Assembly (NCBI GenBank): GCA_963779615.1
Contig: CAVZZA010000003.1
Span: forward strand, 1,088,001-1,152,000
DNA length: 64,000 nt
Reading direction: 5' to 3'
DNA from: an uncultured Nitrososphaeraceae archaeon
GTDB lineage: Archaea > Thermoproteota > Nitrososphaeria > Nitrososphaerales > Nitrososphaeraceae
Position numbers and translations under genes: made by a program. Within the stretch, counting starts at the first letter, position 1. Every line of letters begins with the position of its first letter. A model generated the notes under the pieces. It was given only the letters and a program-made list of their open reading frames with translations, was not told where the DNA came from and ran no database searches. Below are positions 43,819 through 54,103 of the stretch, piece after piece.

Positions 43819-44703
43819 ATGAGTCTGGTGATTCGACCCATAGAGCAGGTTGATGCATAGACTTGCGGAAAGATTGGATACGAGGCGCACAAAACAATTT
43901 CCTCCGCTCATGGCTATCCCTCCGAGCAGCCCTCTGAAGAATTTGCAACAGGGCTCATCAGAAGGCTACTTGACAATCCAAATTCATGGGGCGTTTTGGC
44001 AGAGAAACAAGGCAAGACATTAGGAAGCGTATTCCTTCACAAGTTTCCGCCTTCGCCTGTGGCAGTGATAGGACCACTCACGGTCCATCCTTCAGCAGAG
44101 GGCGGCGGTGTGGGAAGGATGTTGATTGGTGCTGCCCTTTCTCAGGCCTGTAAACAGAACCATGACCAGGTTAGGTTGGTGCAATCGCCAAGCCACATTC
44201 GCTCCTTCGTTCTGTATACAAAGTCTGGCTTTGTCCTTCGTGAGCCATTACTTTTGATGCAAGGACGGCCCCTAAAAAGCGGCATCAATACAAGCAGCAG
44301 CAGCAGCAGCAATAATGTGCGCCCAGTTCGTGATGACGGCGATATTTCCGTGTGCAACGAGCTTTGCAAAACAGTGCATGGTTTTTCAAGGGACATGGAG
44401 TTGAGTCAGGCAAAGGACCAAGGCGTTGCCACCCTGATTGTACGAGATGGCGCCATCACAGGCTATGCGGCAGGCTTGGGCATATTCGGCCACGCAGTTG
44501 CAAAGTCAAACAACGACTTGAAGGCACTGATTGCCAACGCACCTGCAGTTCTTGGCCCAGGTTTCTTTGCACCTGCCCGAAACCGCGAGGTAGTTAACTG
44601 GCTGCTTCAAAACGGCTTTCAGATGGGCTGGCCTGCAAACCTTATGACCTTTGGTCCATACAAAGAACCACCGATGCCTTTTCTTCCGTCTTTGGCATAC
44701 TGA
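43819..44703 (+). pseudogene. GNAT acetyltransferase with in-frame TAG at codon 14
   Basis: ATG at 43819 (MSLVIRPIEQVDA*TCGKIGYEAH) in frame with ORF 43996; VHPSAEGGGVGRML acetyl-CoA motif. Confidence 0.8.
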
Positions 44704-44764
44704 ACATTCACGAATTATGGTTATGCAATTCGCAACCTTAGGCTGCATTGACGAAATCCCAAGT

Positions 44765-45080
44765 AAGTCTTGGCCATCGACGGATTTGGAGACTGACGAG
44801 TAATGAGCATAAAATGACTTTTTGAGGCTGCAGAACATGCACAAGTCCGCCACAATCCTAAAGGAGCACAAAGACCAGTTGGCCCCCTTCGTGAAATTGT
44901 TTGAGTTGCTAAAGAAAAACAACACCCAGGGTTAGGGACATCAGGTATGCGGTTGACAATGTAAATAAAATAAACTCCCTAATACAGCAAAAGGAATCCA
45001 TGAAAAAAGAGGTCGAGCCATAAAAGGGGAGAGGGACTATTTGCTGGACAACCTAGGCGACATCAAAAGAGCATGCTGTA
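44765..45080 (+). pseudogene. Degraded paralog of the C-terminal half of 43106-43669
   Basis: DFLRLQNMHKSATILKEHKDQLAPFVKLFELLKKNN..DIRYAVDNVNKIN versus DYLVLRNMGLASRILMENRKDLGAYLKLFDFLDGN..DLNRAVDLTQNID. Confidence 0.65.
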
Positions 45081-45175
45081 GAATATCCAACTTATTACTT
45101 CTTCTAAGAGGAGGTTTGAGCTATCTGTCTTTTATGAATTCTATAAATGATTTTTTTAATTGAAATGATTTACCC

Positions 45176-45520
45176 CTATTCCTTGAACTTTTGCCACAGT
45201 CTAACAACTTTTTCTCCAACTGGTTTTCGCTTTATGCTTAATGATAAGGAATTGTTTTTATAACTTATGCTTACCTCATGAACCCATCGAGTGTAAAAAG
45301 ACTCGTCCATCCCTTCTGCTCTCCTTATAATTTTTGTTTTCTTGATAATGCCAAGCTGATCCAGCCCAGCCACTTTTCTGTAAGTGGATGACAATGGCAT
45401 GTCCAAAGAGCTGGATATTTGCTGCATACTCAATTCTTTTCCATCCAGCAACTCCATTATTGCCAGGCTTGTTTCGTCGGAAAGAATAAGCAAAATATCC
45501 TTTGCGTATGAATTCGTCAA
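45176..45520 (-). CDS. Winged-helix transcriptional regulator
   Basis: LSMQQISSSLDMPLSSTYRKVAGL. Confidence 0.82.
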   Translation of the reverse strand: MTNSYAKDILLILSDETSLAIMELLDGKELSMQQISSSLDMPLSSTYRKVAGLDQLGIIKKTKIIRRAEGMDESFYTRWVHEVSISYKNNSLSLSIKRKPVGEKVVRLWQKFKE

Positions 45521-45789
45521 CTTTTAAGGACAGCTAAAATTACTAACACAAAGCCAGAAACTTCAAAAATCTCTTCACTAATTCCCCGATTAGTGTTATC
45601 TACAAAGCTGATGTCTAAATAGCTTAGAAAATCCCCCAGTAGTGTATCCCCAATGGTTATAAGAATGAATCCAAATGCCAGATAAAGCATTGGGATATAT
45701 TTGGTCTTTTTAAAAGCCTTGGCTGTAAGATAAACCAAAAGAGCTCCCAAAATAAGATGGATTGAAACTACTATAGGATAAATCTCCAT
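45517..45789 (-). CDS. Small three-TM membrane protein coupled to the wHTH gene
   Basis: Three hydrophobic helices, KAFKKTKYIPMLYLAFGF; 4-bp overlap with the wHTH ORF. Confidence 0.75.
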   Translation of the reverse strand: MEIYPIVVSIHLILGALLVYLTAKAFKKTKYIPMLYLAFGFILITIGDTLLGDFLSYLDISFVDNTNRGISEEIFEVSGFVLVILAVLKS

Positions 45790-45972
45790 CTTTGTATTAA
45801 GATGCTGGTTGGATTAAACATTTTCACTAAAACCATTGAAAAACCAAAATGATAACCCAACCCCCTTTAAGTCAAACAAAATATAAAAGATTACCAAATT
45901 AATGATTCCCATTTCCATTTCCTGAGAATAGGACTAAATTATTTATTGGCATAATTGAATAAATTAAATTAA

Positions 45973-46764
45973 ATGGCATTACCGAAAACTAGCCTATCAA
46001 ACACATTTTGCTTAATAATGGCGATTACCACATTCACAATTCTTTTGCAATCCATGACATCTGTAAATGATATTGCATTTGCACAAGTAAGCAACAACCA
46101 ACAGCCAAACATCAACGCGCAGAGTCTTTTCAACACCCAAGCAATGACATTGGGAAACAATGTGAAGAACCTTGTGATACTCATACCCAATGAGGGACAC
46201 CATGGCCCCAATGAAGCCAGTGAAGCCAGGTTCCTGGAACCGTCATTTGTCCCTGCAAATGCGGTGATAAACACTGGAACCACAGTGGCATGGTATAATG
46301 GTGATTTCGGTCACGAACGTACGGTAAACGTAAAAGACGCAACTGGCAGCTCAGTTGTATTTAGCACCGGGGCAATAATAGACAATCAGGCATCAAAAAC
46401 ATACACATTCAACACTCCCGGAACCTACAGTTATGAGGCAATTGGCGACGCGGGTTACATAATGAAGGGCACCATAACTGTCAAAAGCATACAATCCCCT
46501 GTAACCACACCCGCTGCTGCTGGTGGTGGAATAGACACAGTGGGGGTATTGATGGTTCCAACACAGGGCATAGACAAATACATGCAGGACATCAAAAATG
46601 CCGGTTTAACGGTCGACAGCGGGCATAGCTTCAAAGACCTAAGGGGAGGTCAGAGCGGAACAGGAGACGTGCAGACACTCTTGGTGTGGACCTCAGGCGG
46701 CAAGGATTTGAATACCGCGATTGCGCCCCTAAGCCAGCTATCGTTAACCTTACCATACAGTTAA
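45973..46764 (+). CDS. Secreted cupredoxin-fold protein lacking the type-1 Cu cysteine
   Basis: FVPANAVINTGTTVAWYNGD.GH..TV, TYTFNTPGTYSY...MKGTITV. Confidence 0.78.
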   Translation: MALPKTSLSNTFCLIMAITTFTILLQSMTSVNDIAFAQVSNNQQPNINAQSLFNTQAMTLGNNVKNLVILIPNEGHHGPNEASEARFLEPSFVPANAVINTGTTVAWYNGDFGHERTVNVKDATGSSVVFSTGAIIDNQASKTYTFNTPGTYSYEAIGDAGYIMKGTITVKSIQSPVTTPAAAGGGIDTVGVLMVPTQGIDKYMQDIKNAGLTVDSGHSFKDLRGGQSGTGDVQTLLVWTSGGKDLNTAIAPLSQLSLTLPYS

Positions 46765-47269
46765 TAGCGTCTTTTTTTATTTTTTAAATATTGTTGCAAG
46801 GTCATCATGAGTATCCGTAATTAATATTATATCGCAATCAAAGAGCAATTGAGGCAAAGCAAATTTTATGTATGTATATGCTTTAGTATTTTTCCCAATA
46901 CGTTCTCGTCCAACTGTCTGGTTATCCATCTTTTATAAACTCTATCACTGCATATCCTGGGTCGATTTTGTTTTCATTCAGAATTTCCAACAGTTTTAGT
47001 GGGTCCCTGTGACTGTAGACTTGCTGGTTCTTTACGGCAATGAACTTGTTTTTTGTGTTTTAGGCAAAGTTCGTCGCGTTTATCACTAAAGTACTGAAAA
47101 TCCCTGCCATACTCTTTTGGGGTTTCCATTTTCTCATCTTTGACAGATTTTTTCTTATCTACACCCATGAAACAGCTAATTATTAAAAAATACTTTTTGA
47201 TGCCAAAAGATGTTATTTGATACCAATATAAAACCACACAAAAGATGCAAAGCCAGTTGTTGTAATCAA

Positions 47270-47545
47270 ACTCCAATCGCACCAGTACCGAAGATGGGGC
47301 AGCCTAGGGAAACCCGGACTTGGAGGCACAATTAGGGGCTTGGTAGCCCATGGCATACAGGGGTTTGTCTACGAAAGGGCAAGGGCCGACTTGGGGATTC
47401 CAAACAGCGTTGACGTGATGGCCATGATTGCGATTAGAAAAAGATGGCCAAAGGAGAACCTCTCAATGAATGTGCAGGAAAATACCCAAATGGCAGAAAA
47501 CCATTGGGGGAAATAGTTAGGGGCCGCTTTACAGGAAAATAGAAT
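47270..47545 (+). pseudogene. Nitroreductase-family C-terminal relic
   Basis: Across frames GAA*..LEAQL.GLVAHGIQGF.YERARADLGIPNSVDVMAMIAIRKR.PKENL..PNGRKPLGEIV. Confidence 0.7.
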
Positions 47546-47640
47546 AAGATGTTGCAAACCAATGGTTTTTTACAGCCTGTCTTATGACGAAGACTTGGAC
47601 CCTTTTTTTATTCTATAAATCAACTTAATTATTTTACCAT

Positions 47641-49093
47641 TTAATCAGTTTCTTTGTTGCATAGGTCATATGCATTAAAGAACTCAAATGGGCGCCCTAA
47701 TGCTTCCTCGATTCCTTGCTCCAACGGTATGTCTTCCTTGATGCTGACGTTCTCCTCCAGCCTTAAGCACTTTCCGCATACTGGCATTATCTTCCCATAG
47801 ATTTGGAAAACATGGCCAAGCGCCTTGACTTTAATTCCCTCCTGGCTATACCAGTGCCTAACATATGGGTATTTTTTCACCAAGTATGATTCCGGTATCG
47901 TAAGGTCCACATCATACTGTTTCAACAGCCATTCTCCGGTTGGTGGGATGATTGACGACAGCCCTTCAAATTCTTGACCCAGTATGAACGATATTTTTCC
48001 TACGGTCTCAAAGAACTCCCGGCAATCGTCAGTTCCATGCAGTTTAAAGGGCCTGTAGGAAGCATTCCAGAGCAGCAATCACCTTGCCATTTGGATAGAC
48101 CTGTAGGGTGCAGCTGCGCTTACTTTCCAACCTAAATGACTTCACCTTGGCTTTGTTGCCCTCGCTTTTTACTATCCAGCCGTCTTCCCTGGTGAGAAAA
48201 TCATAAGTTTCATCAAATTCGCCCCCAATAATCTTGACATGAATTATTAACTTATGGAATGTAGGTGGACGTTGTGTAATCTCATTTACCAGCAGCTGAA
48301 TCACACTAACCTGCGGCACGTCTAGAGATTGCTGATGCTGTTGAATTGAATCAGTAGATTGTTTTTTTTATAAACCTCCCAATTTCTGTGGACAGAAAAT
48401 ATTCCTTGTATCTTCCCTGCTTGTATCCATCTAAATGAACTGAGTCTGTACTTATGACACTCAAATAGAACCTTTTTGGCATATCCTTCTGTATACCCTA
48501 GGTTAACTATGTCTTCCCGAGTAATGCCCCTGTTTTCTTTATGATGTATGTCATATGCCTTTATTGCTATTTTTCTAAGTTTGGCTGGTAGTTTTGTGTG
48601 TATGGCAGACTCCCATTCACTGATTGCGCCTTCTTCATCAGAGGCAAAGGCGCAATAGGAAGGAAGAGGAGGGGCAGTGATATTGGTGACCTCTCTGACC
48701 ATTGGAGTTACCTTTTTAGCCCTTGTTGCACTGAATGTGAAAAGACTTATCATTTTTGATGAAATGTGGTGCCGTATCACAAGGATTAGACATCTTCGAA
48801 GGATAATTATTGGCTATTTGGTGTTCTTTGATTGGATTTTCAAGGTCATCGTATAATTTATTATCTGGTTTTATCTTTTGCTTCTCAATATTTTTTATTT
48901 TTTGCTTGGGAACCCAGTAGAATGAATGGTTAGAGTTACCTTTTTTAAATTTTAAATTAGATGTACTCTCAAAGTATTGAGTCATTTTGGGTCGTCCCCT
49001 TGGGACAATGTCTAAGCAAGTTATTGAGTTCTTTAAAGTAGATGGAATGACAAATTCGTTATCTTTATAAATAAATTTTACATTAGTAGTCAT
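47641..49093 (-). CDS. Probable single frameshifted element core gene (wHTH + possible replication-initiator domain)
   Basis: Four overlapping/abutting minus-strand ORFs (48716-49093, 48322-48780, 48044-48319, 47641-48078); wHTH-like GITREDIVNLGYTEGYAKKVL; C-terminal QYDVD..QIYGK..LRLEE. Confidence 0.5.
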
Positions 49094-49096
49094 ATT

Positions 49097-49360
49097 CTAA
49101 TCTCCTATTCGATTTTCCAATCCCAATCCAGAAGGTGTCTTTGTTGCAGCCTTGTGATAATGGGAATTAGAATTTGGATATGACTCAATCTTCTTAACTG
49201 GTTGGTCGCCCGTTACTTTAGATTGAGTCACATTATTTTTTATATTGATAGAAGTTTTACAGATACTACAAGGGGCATAAAAAAGACTTTTTCCTTTGTA
49301 TGTCCACTCATTACCACATCTTTTACAATTTAAAATAAAGGATTCTCTACCTTCCCTCAT
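49097..49360 (-). CDS. Small Zn-ribbon protein
   Basis: CKRCGNEWTYKG...CSICKT. Confidence 0.78.
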   Translation of the reverse strand: MREGRESFILNCKRCGNEWTYKGKSLFYAPCSICKTSINIKNNVTQSKVTGDQPVKKIESYPNSNSHYHKAATKTPSGLGLENRIGD

Positions 49361-49583
49361 ATTATTATCATTTATAGTAGTAAGTATATAAAATTTATTG
49401 ATATTTACCTAATTATTTGTAATTATTATATTTACAATGCCAATATAAATCAATAATTACAAATAATTAAAATCATTGCATTTCGGCCATATCATAAACA
49501 GTCAAAAATTTCAAATTACAAAATCCCAATCAAAAATAACCTCATAAAATACTTGATAAAAATGCAAATATCCAATAAATTAA

Positions 49584-50675
49584 TTATAAATATTTTTGCC
49601 AAGCAATAATGTATTGCTCTGCCATTTTGTCAATTTCATAGGTCATGTAATGCTTTGCGCTAATGGTCTTTGCTCTGCCTGCCAAGACCTCTGCCCCCTG
49701 CTCCTTTAGCCCCGACCTACAAAGCATGTTATAATGAAACTTTCTTAAATCCATAAAAGAGACTTTACTATCTGTATGAGTTTTAATTATCGAGTGGGCG
49801 ATTTTACGTTGCTCATAGTCTGCATGTCCAAGTCCCCTAAAATCCCTCCAGCAATTGGTTGGCACAATTGAAAAATAGCTATGTTTTTGCCCCACGATTC
49901 TGTTTAAGACAATAACCGAGTGTCCATTCCTCTTATCCATAACATGCAAACTTTGGCAACCACAGCCTGACAAGTTGTCACAAATGGGAGCAACATGAGC
50001 ATAAGATATCTCTTCTCCCCGTAACCCTGAGTATAATGCGAACTTGATTAAGATTCCAAGTTCCCCATCAATTTTTAATATTTTGACCATCATCCTTTTT
50101 ATATAATTCTCGTCACTGAGCCAAACTCTATCATGTATCTTCATTTTTCTGTTTAGTTCATATCTTTCAATGATTTCCTGAATAAGCAACTTTAACTCTG
50201 GATTGTGAAACTTTCTATCGTAGTATTCTCCGAATCTTCTCATTGCATCACATATCCACGCCCTCTCGTGTCCAGACTCTCCTCGAATTATATCAGGGCT
50301 GGTAAAGAATATCTCCACATATCTTTCAAAATAACGCACCAAGTCTTTGGCGTGCTTTGGATATGCGTATCTTTTGGAGAGGTCCCTTAGCATATCCTCA
50401 GAGTTCACATTTCTGTAAAAGGTGGCATTAAACTCGCCAGTCAGCGGGTCCCTTATGCCTTTGTCTCTGATTCTTTTTATCAGCCTCTCAACCTGTTCGT
50501 TATTCTGATGTGCAGGATAGTCGCCCTTTATCCACGCATGAATAAATTCGCTGAAGGTTTCAAAACCGTTTAACTTTAGTTTACTGTTTAGAATGGCTAT
50601 ATCACTCTCCTTCAACCGGACCGTAACGCTTTTCCATTCAGACGGTTTTTTCTGGATTTGTATTTGCTGATTCAT
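49584..50675 (-). CDS. Tyrosine recombinase/integrase with N-terminal RHH-like domain
   Basis: ALYSGLRGEE (R), DLRKFHY, LAGRA, SAKHY (Y nucleophile); adjacent to the tRNA. Confidence 0.9.
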   Translation of the reverse strand: MNQQIQIQKKPSEWKSVTVRLKESDIAILNSKLKLNGFETFSEFIHAWIKGDYPAHQNNEQVERLIKRIRDKGIRDPLTGEFNATFYRNVNSEDMLRDLSKRYAYPKHAKDLVRYFERYVEIFFTSPDIIRGESGHERAWICDAMRRFGEYYDRKFHNPELKLLIQEIIERYELNRKMKIHDRVWLSDENYIKRMMVKILKIDGELGILIKFALYSGLRGEEISYAHVAPICDNLSGCGCQSLHVMDKRNGHSVIVLNRIVGQKHSYFSIVPTNCWRDFRGLGHADYEQRKIAHSIIKTHTDSKVSFMDLRKFHYNMLCRSGLKEQGAEVLAGRAKTISAKHYMTYEIDKMAEQYIIAWQKYL

Positions 50676-50709
50676 AATTTACTCTATAATCTACCAAGCT
50701 TTAGCTGTT

Positions 50710-50816
50710 TCGTCAACAATTTACGAGCCAATGTCAACAATTCGGCCTCATTTGTCAACCATTTCCTGCGTGTATTCTGTGTGGGTCAACAAACTGGTCA
50801 ACAAATCACCCATTTC
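50710..50816. promoter_or_regulatory. Five GTCAAC(AA) direct repeats between the integrase and tRNA (putative arm sites)
   Basis: GTCAAC at about 50712, 50733, 50754, 50795 and 50807; the same motif recurs at four of the five att copies. Confidence 0.6.
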
Positions 50817-50830
50817 AAGTGCCCAAAAGG

Positions 50831-50905
50831 TGCGAAGTGCGGGATTTGAACCCGCGATCCCGAGCTTGGGAAGCTCGTACCTTAACCAGGCTGGGCCAAC
50901 CTCGC
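50831..50905 (-). tRNA. tRNA-Gly(CCC)
   Basis: GCGAGGTTGGCCCAGCCTGGTTAAGGTACGAGCTTCCCAAGCTCGGGATCGCGGGTTCAAATCCCGCACTTCGCA; acceptor GCGAGGT/ACTTCGC, anticodon stem CGAGC/GCTCG around CCC, T-arm GCGGG-TTCAAAT-CCCGC. Confidence 0.96.
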
Positions 50906-50993
50906 TTGTGATAAAAATCACTATTCAATCAAATTAAAGTTTATCTTTCCATCATATGCCAAAAACAAATTTAAACAACATCAAGAAAAAAAA

Positions 50994-51647
50994 CTACTGC
51001 TGCCTGTCATATATGCGGCCATTTCTAAATGCGATTTTACGCGCCGAGCTAATGTCGCGTAACCCTCGCCTGTTTATTTCTGTTCCTTGCCTGATAGAGG
51101 TACCATGTTCATCAACAATCTCAACTGTGACTTTATCTTTAAAACAGTTTTTCAAAATTTTTGCAATTTGGTATGACAAAGATAAACTGCCATCACCTAT
51201 TCTGACAATTTTTTTTCGGGACTCAACGGCAGACAAAATTACAGATACTTTTTCAATGGCAGACTGCACGGATAACACTGTTACTTTGTGGAATTCAAAG
51301 TTATAGTATAGAATGGATATGCCGATTCTTTTCCCTGGATCAATACCAACAATCAACTGATCGGTGGTGGAACAGCCGTATGAACTCATGAAATTTTGCA
51401 GGATTTTTGCCTTGAAAGAAAGTGGTGATTGCTCCAAATCCGTATCAAGAAAAACATCGCTCCTCTTTACAATTTTCGATTCGTTTAAAGTAGTGATTAT
51501 TATTTTTGCATCACACATGGCTGCTTCCTCTGGAGACAGGGACAGAAAATTCAACTCCAGAGATTTAAGGACACTTGTTATTTTGTAATACGAACGCCCC
51601 GAAAGGGTTGCGACAATAACAGGTTGACAACTTAATAGGTTCAACAT
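50994..51647 (-). CDS. Conserved protein with RNase H-like (YqgF/RuvC-type) domain
   Basis: IVGIDPGKRIG, RIGDG, VDEHGTS, D..SAR.IA. Confidence 0.75.
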   Translation of the reverse strand: MLNLLSCQPVIVATLSGRSYYKITSVLKSLELNFLSLSPEEAAMCDAKIIITTLNESKIVKRSDVFLDTDLEQSPLSFKAKILQNFMSSYGCSTTDQLIVGIDPGKRIGISILYYNFEFHKVTVLSVQSAIEKVSVILSAVESRKKIVRIGDGSLSLSYQIAKILKNCFKDKVTVEIVDEHGTSIRQGTEINRRGLRDISSARKIAFRNGRIYDRQQ

Positions 51648-51914
51648 ATTTCTTGTTAAATCCTACCTAAAACAGCAATACAAGACTATTAAAGATTATG
51701 GAAAAATTAGATTGTTTTTAGTGGTTTTGCAGGAAACTGGCATACACACAACAACGCTGTTGTGTACATCTTCAGCGCTAAAACAAATTTTTTCTCAATT
51801 CATACGGGCAGTCTCTATGCCCCTCCTCACCCTTTCAGAAATACCGGTTTCATTTCACATCCGTTGATAGTCTTTTAAAAATGATACATTTAGCGATGAT
51901 CATTACTTTTATTG

Positions 51915-52254
51915 TTAGACGGTCAAATTCAAAATAGCCTGGGCTATGTCACCCTTGGTGTCGGTTAGGGCAGAAACAGCTTTTTCTTTAGACACATTAG
52001 ACTGTTGCATCACTAAAATAACATCCTCATCCTTAAATGAGGGTACAGAATCTATTGCTTTCCTCGATTTCGGTAGCAACAATTTGAAATATGGTGCTAT
52101 CCTTTCCCTTCATTTCTACAACCTGAGGTTTTTTTAGAAATATCTCTTTAGTATCGGTTCTTATAATGACTTCTTCGACCGAGCTTAAATCCTTCATATC
52201 AAGACCCATCCGGTCAAGCATCCTCCTCATATCCCTATTGCCTGAGCGCATCAT
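51915..52254 (-). CDS. nac: Nascent polypeptide-associated complex protein (one frameshift)
   Basis: MRRMLDRMGLDM..VEEVII..PQV; the UBA-like end EDVILVMQQSNVSKEKAVSALTDTKGDIAQAIL is in another frame. Confidence 0.88.
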
Positions 52255-52262
52255 AGGAATCC

Positions 52263-52799
52263 CTATGCGCTTCTACTTTTTATTCCTTCTCTAATTTTCA
52301 CCCCCACACCCCTTAAAAGAGACCTGTCATGGTTTTCTAGCCTTGTGTTGTAATATGAGAAAGGGAATAATGAGCGCCCCACAGCCAAAACATGATTATC
52401 CTTGGGGTGTATTATTGCCACATCTGAGCCATTTTTGACATTATTTCCACATTTATACACATGCTTGACAAATAAGGATCTCCCTTCTGAAACAAATGGG
52501 ATAGCATCATCAACAGGAATTATGCAATTGGGTGTAAAGTTTTCATTTTTCAAAAAAAGGTCTGCTCCGTGAATTGTCAATGCAATACCACCATCTGTTC
52601 TGAAGGTCCCAATCAATTTCCCATTAGAACTAAAACTCTTTATCTTACCGGTTTTTTTTGAGTAGTCAATTCCCATATCCTTTGGCAAAACAGAACTTAT
52701 TTCCCGGCCAAAAAGAAAATTAACATGTGCTGAGATTTTCTGAAATGGATCTATCAATAGTTTTTTTTTCAAAGATTGTTTCATGTGTATTGAATACAA
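52263..52799 (-). CDS. PUA-domain protein (archaeosine TGT C-terminal-like)
   Basis: SKKTGKIK, DGGIALTIHGA, PFVSEGRSLFVKHV, LAVGRS, GVGVKIREG. Confidence 0.85.
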   Translation of the reverse strand: MYSIHMKQSLKKKLLIDPFQKISAHVNFLFGREISSVLPKDMGIDYSKKTGKIKSFSSNGKLIGTFRTDGGIALTIHGADLFLKNENFTPNCIIPVDDAIPFVSEGRSLFVKHVYKCGNNVKNGSDVAIIHPKDNHVLAVGRSLFPFSYYNTRLENHDRSLLRGVGVKIREGIKSRSA

Positions 52800-52894
52800 C
52801 TATAAGAATTATCAGCACAAAAACGGGTTCTGTTGAAACGACAAAACTGGGGGAAATAGAAAATACTAATAAATTACTATTTAAATAAAGAAGC

Positions 52895-53443
<549 letters not shown>

Positions 53444-53450
53444 ATAAAAA

Positions 53451-54056
53451 ATGCCAAGAAAAAAATACGGTTTGTGTTTTTACCTGATGGCTAAGAAAAC
53501 ATGTTGGACAGAGGTTGCGGTACTTAGAATAGGCCACAGGCTTGTCAGAGATGACAGGACAACAACACATGCGATACTGGTGTCAAGGGCTTTTGGGAGT
53601 ACCGCTATGTATATGACTGATGTGGATGAGGAAATAAAAAACACAATCAACAAGGTAAACAATTCATGGGGAGGGTTAAATGAATTTAATCTCAAGATAA
53701 TCGATGACTGGAAGGACTTGGTTAAGGAATGGAAAAAAAACGAAGGCAAAGTCATCCACCTGACCATGTATGGGCTCCAAATTAACAAGGTAATTGAGGA
53801 GGTTAAATCGCTAGAGCAGAAAATTTTGGTGATAATCGGGGCTGAAAAGGTTCCAAAGGAAATTTATTTTTTGGCAGACTATAACATATCCATAGGAAAT
53901 CAGCCCCACTCAGAAATAGCAGCGCTGGCTGTCTTTCTGGACAGGTTATTTGAGGGCAAACAATTTGACAAAAGGTTTTCTGACGGAAAGATGAAAATCA
54001 TTCCTGCAGAAAAAGGAAAAAATGTGATTCGAATGGAAAGCAAAAAAGACGATTAA
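53451..54056 (+). CDS. trm56: tRNA (cytidine(56)-2'-O)-methyltransferase
   Basis: VLRIGHRLVRDDRTTTH, HLTMYG, GAEKVP, GNQPHSEIAALA. Confidence 0.95.
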   Translation: MPRKKYGLCFYLMAKKTCWTEVAVLRIGHRLVRDDRTTTHAILVSRAFGSTAMYMTDVDEEIKNTINKVNNSWGGLNEFNLKIIDDWKDLVKEWKKNEGKVIHLTMYGLQINKVIEEVKSLEQKILVIIGAEKVPKEIYFLADYNISIGNQPHSEIAALAVFLDRLFEGKQFDKRFSDGKMKIIPAEKGKNVIRMESKKDD

Positions 54057-54103
54057 TAATCACACTTGTGAGAACAACCTTAAAAGACATCCTCCGATAA
54101 AAA

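Larger units (their letters stand above)
36044..50905. mobile_element. ~14.8-kb integrative element in tRNA-Gly(CCC)
   Basis: Bounded by a 27-bp perfect direct repeat (36044-36070 = 50829-50855); integrase beside the tRNA; metal/arsenic cargo. Confidence 0.85.

Noticed and set aside
43858-43860. In-frame TAG in the GNAT gene as pyrrolysine recoding
   Set aside because: No pyl genes seen and none expected in this lineage; GAG>TAG mutation or error is simpler
36044-50905. Element as a provirus or conjugative element
   Set aside because: No recognisable capsid, terminase, packaging ATPase, VirB4 or relaxase gene
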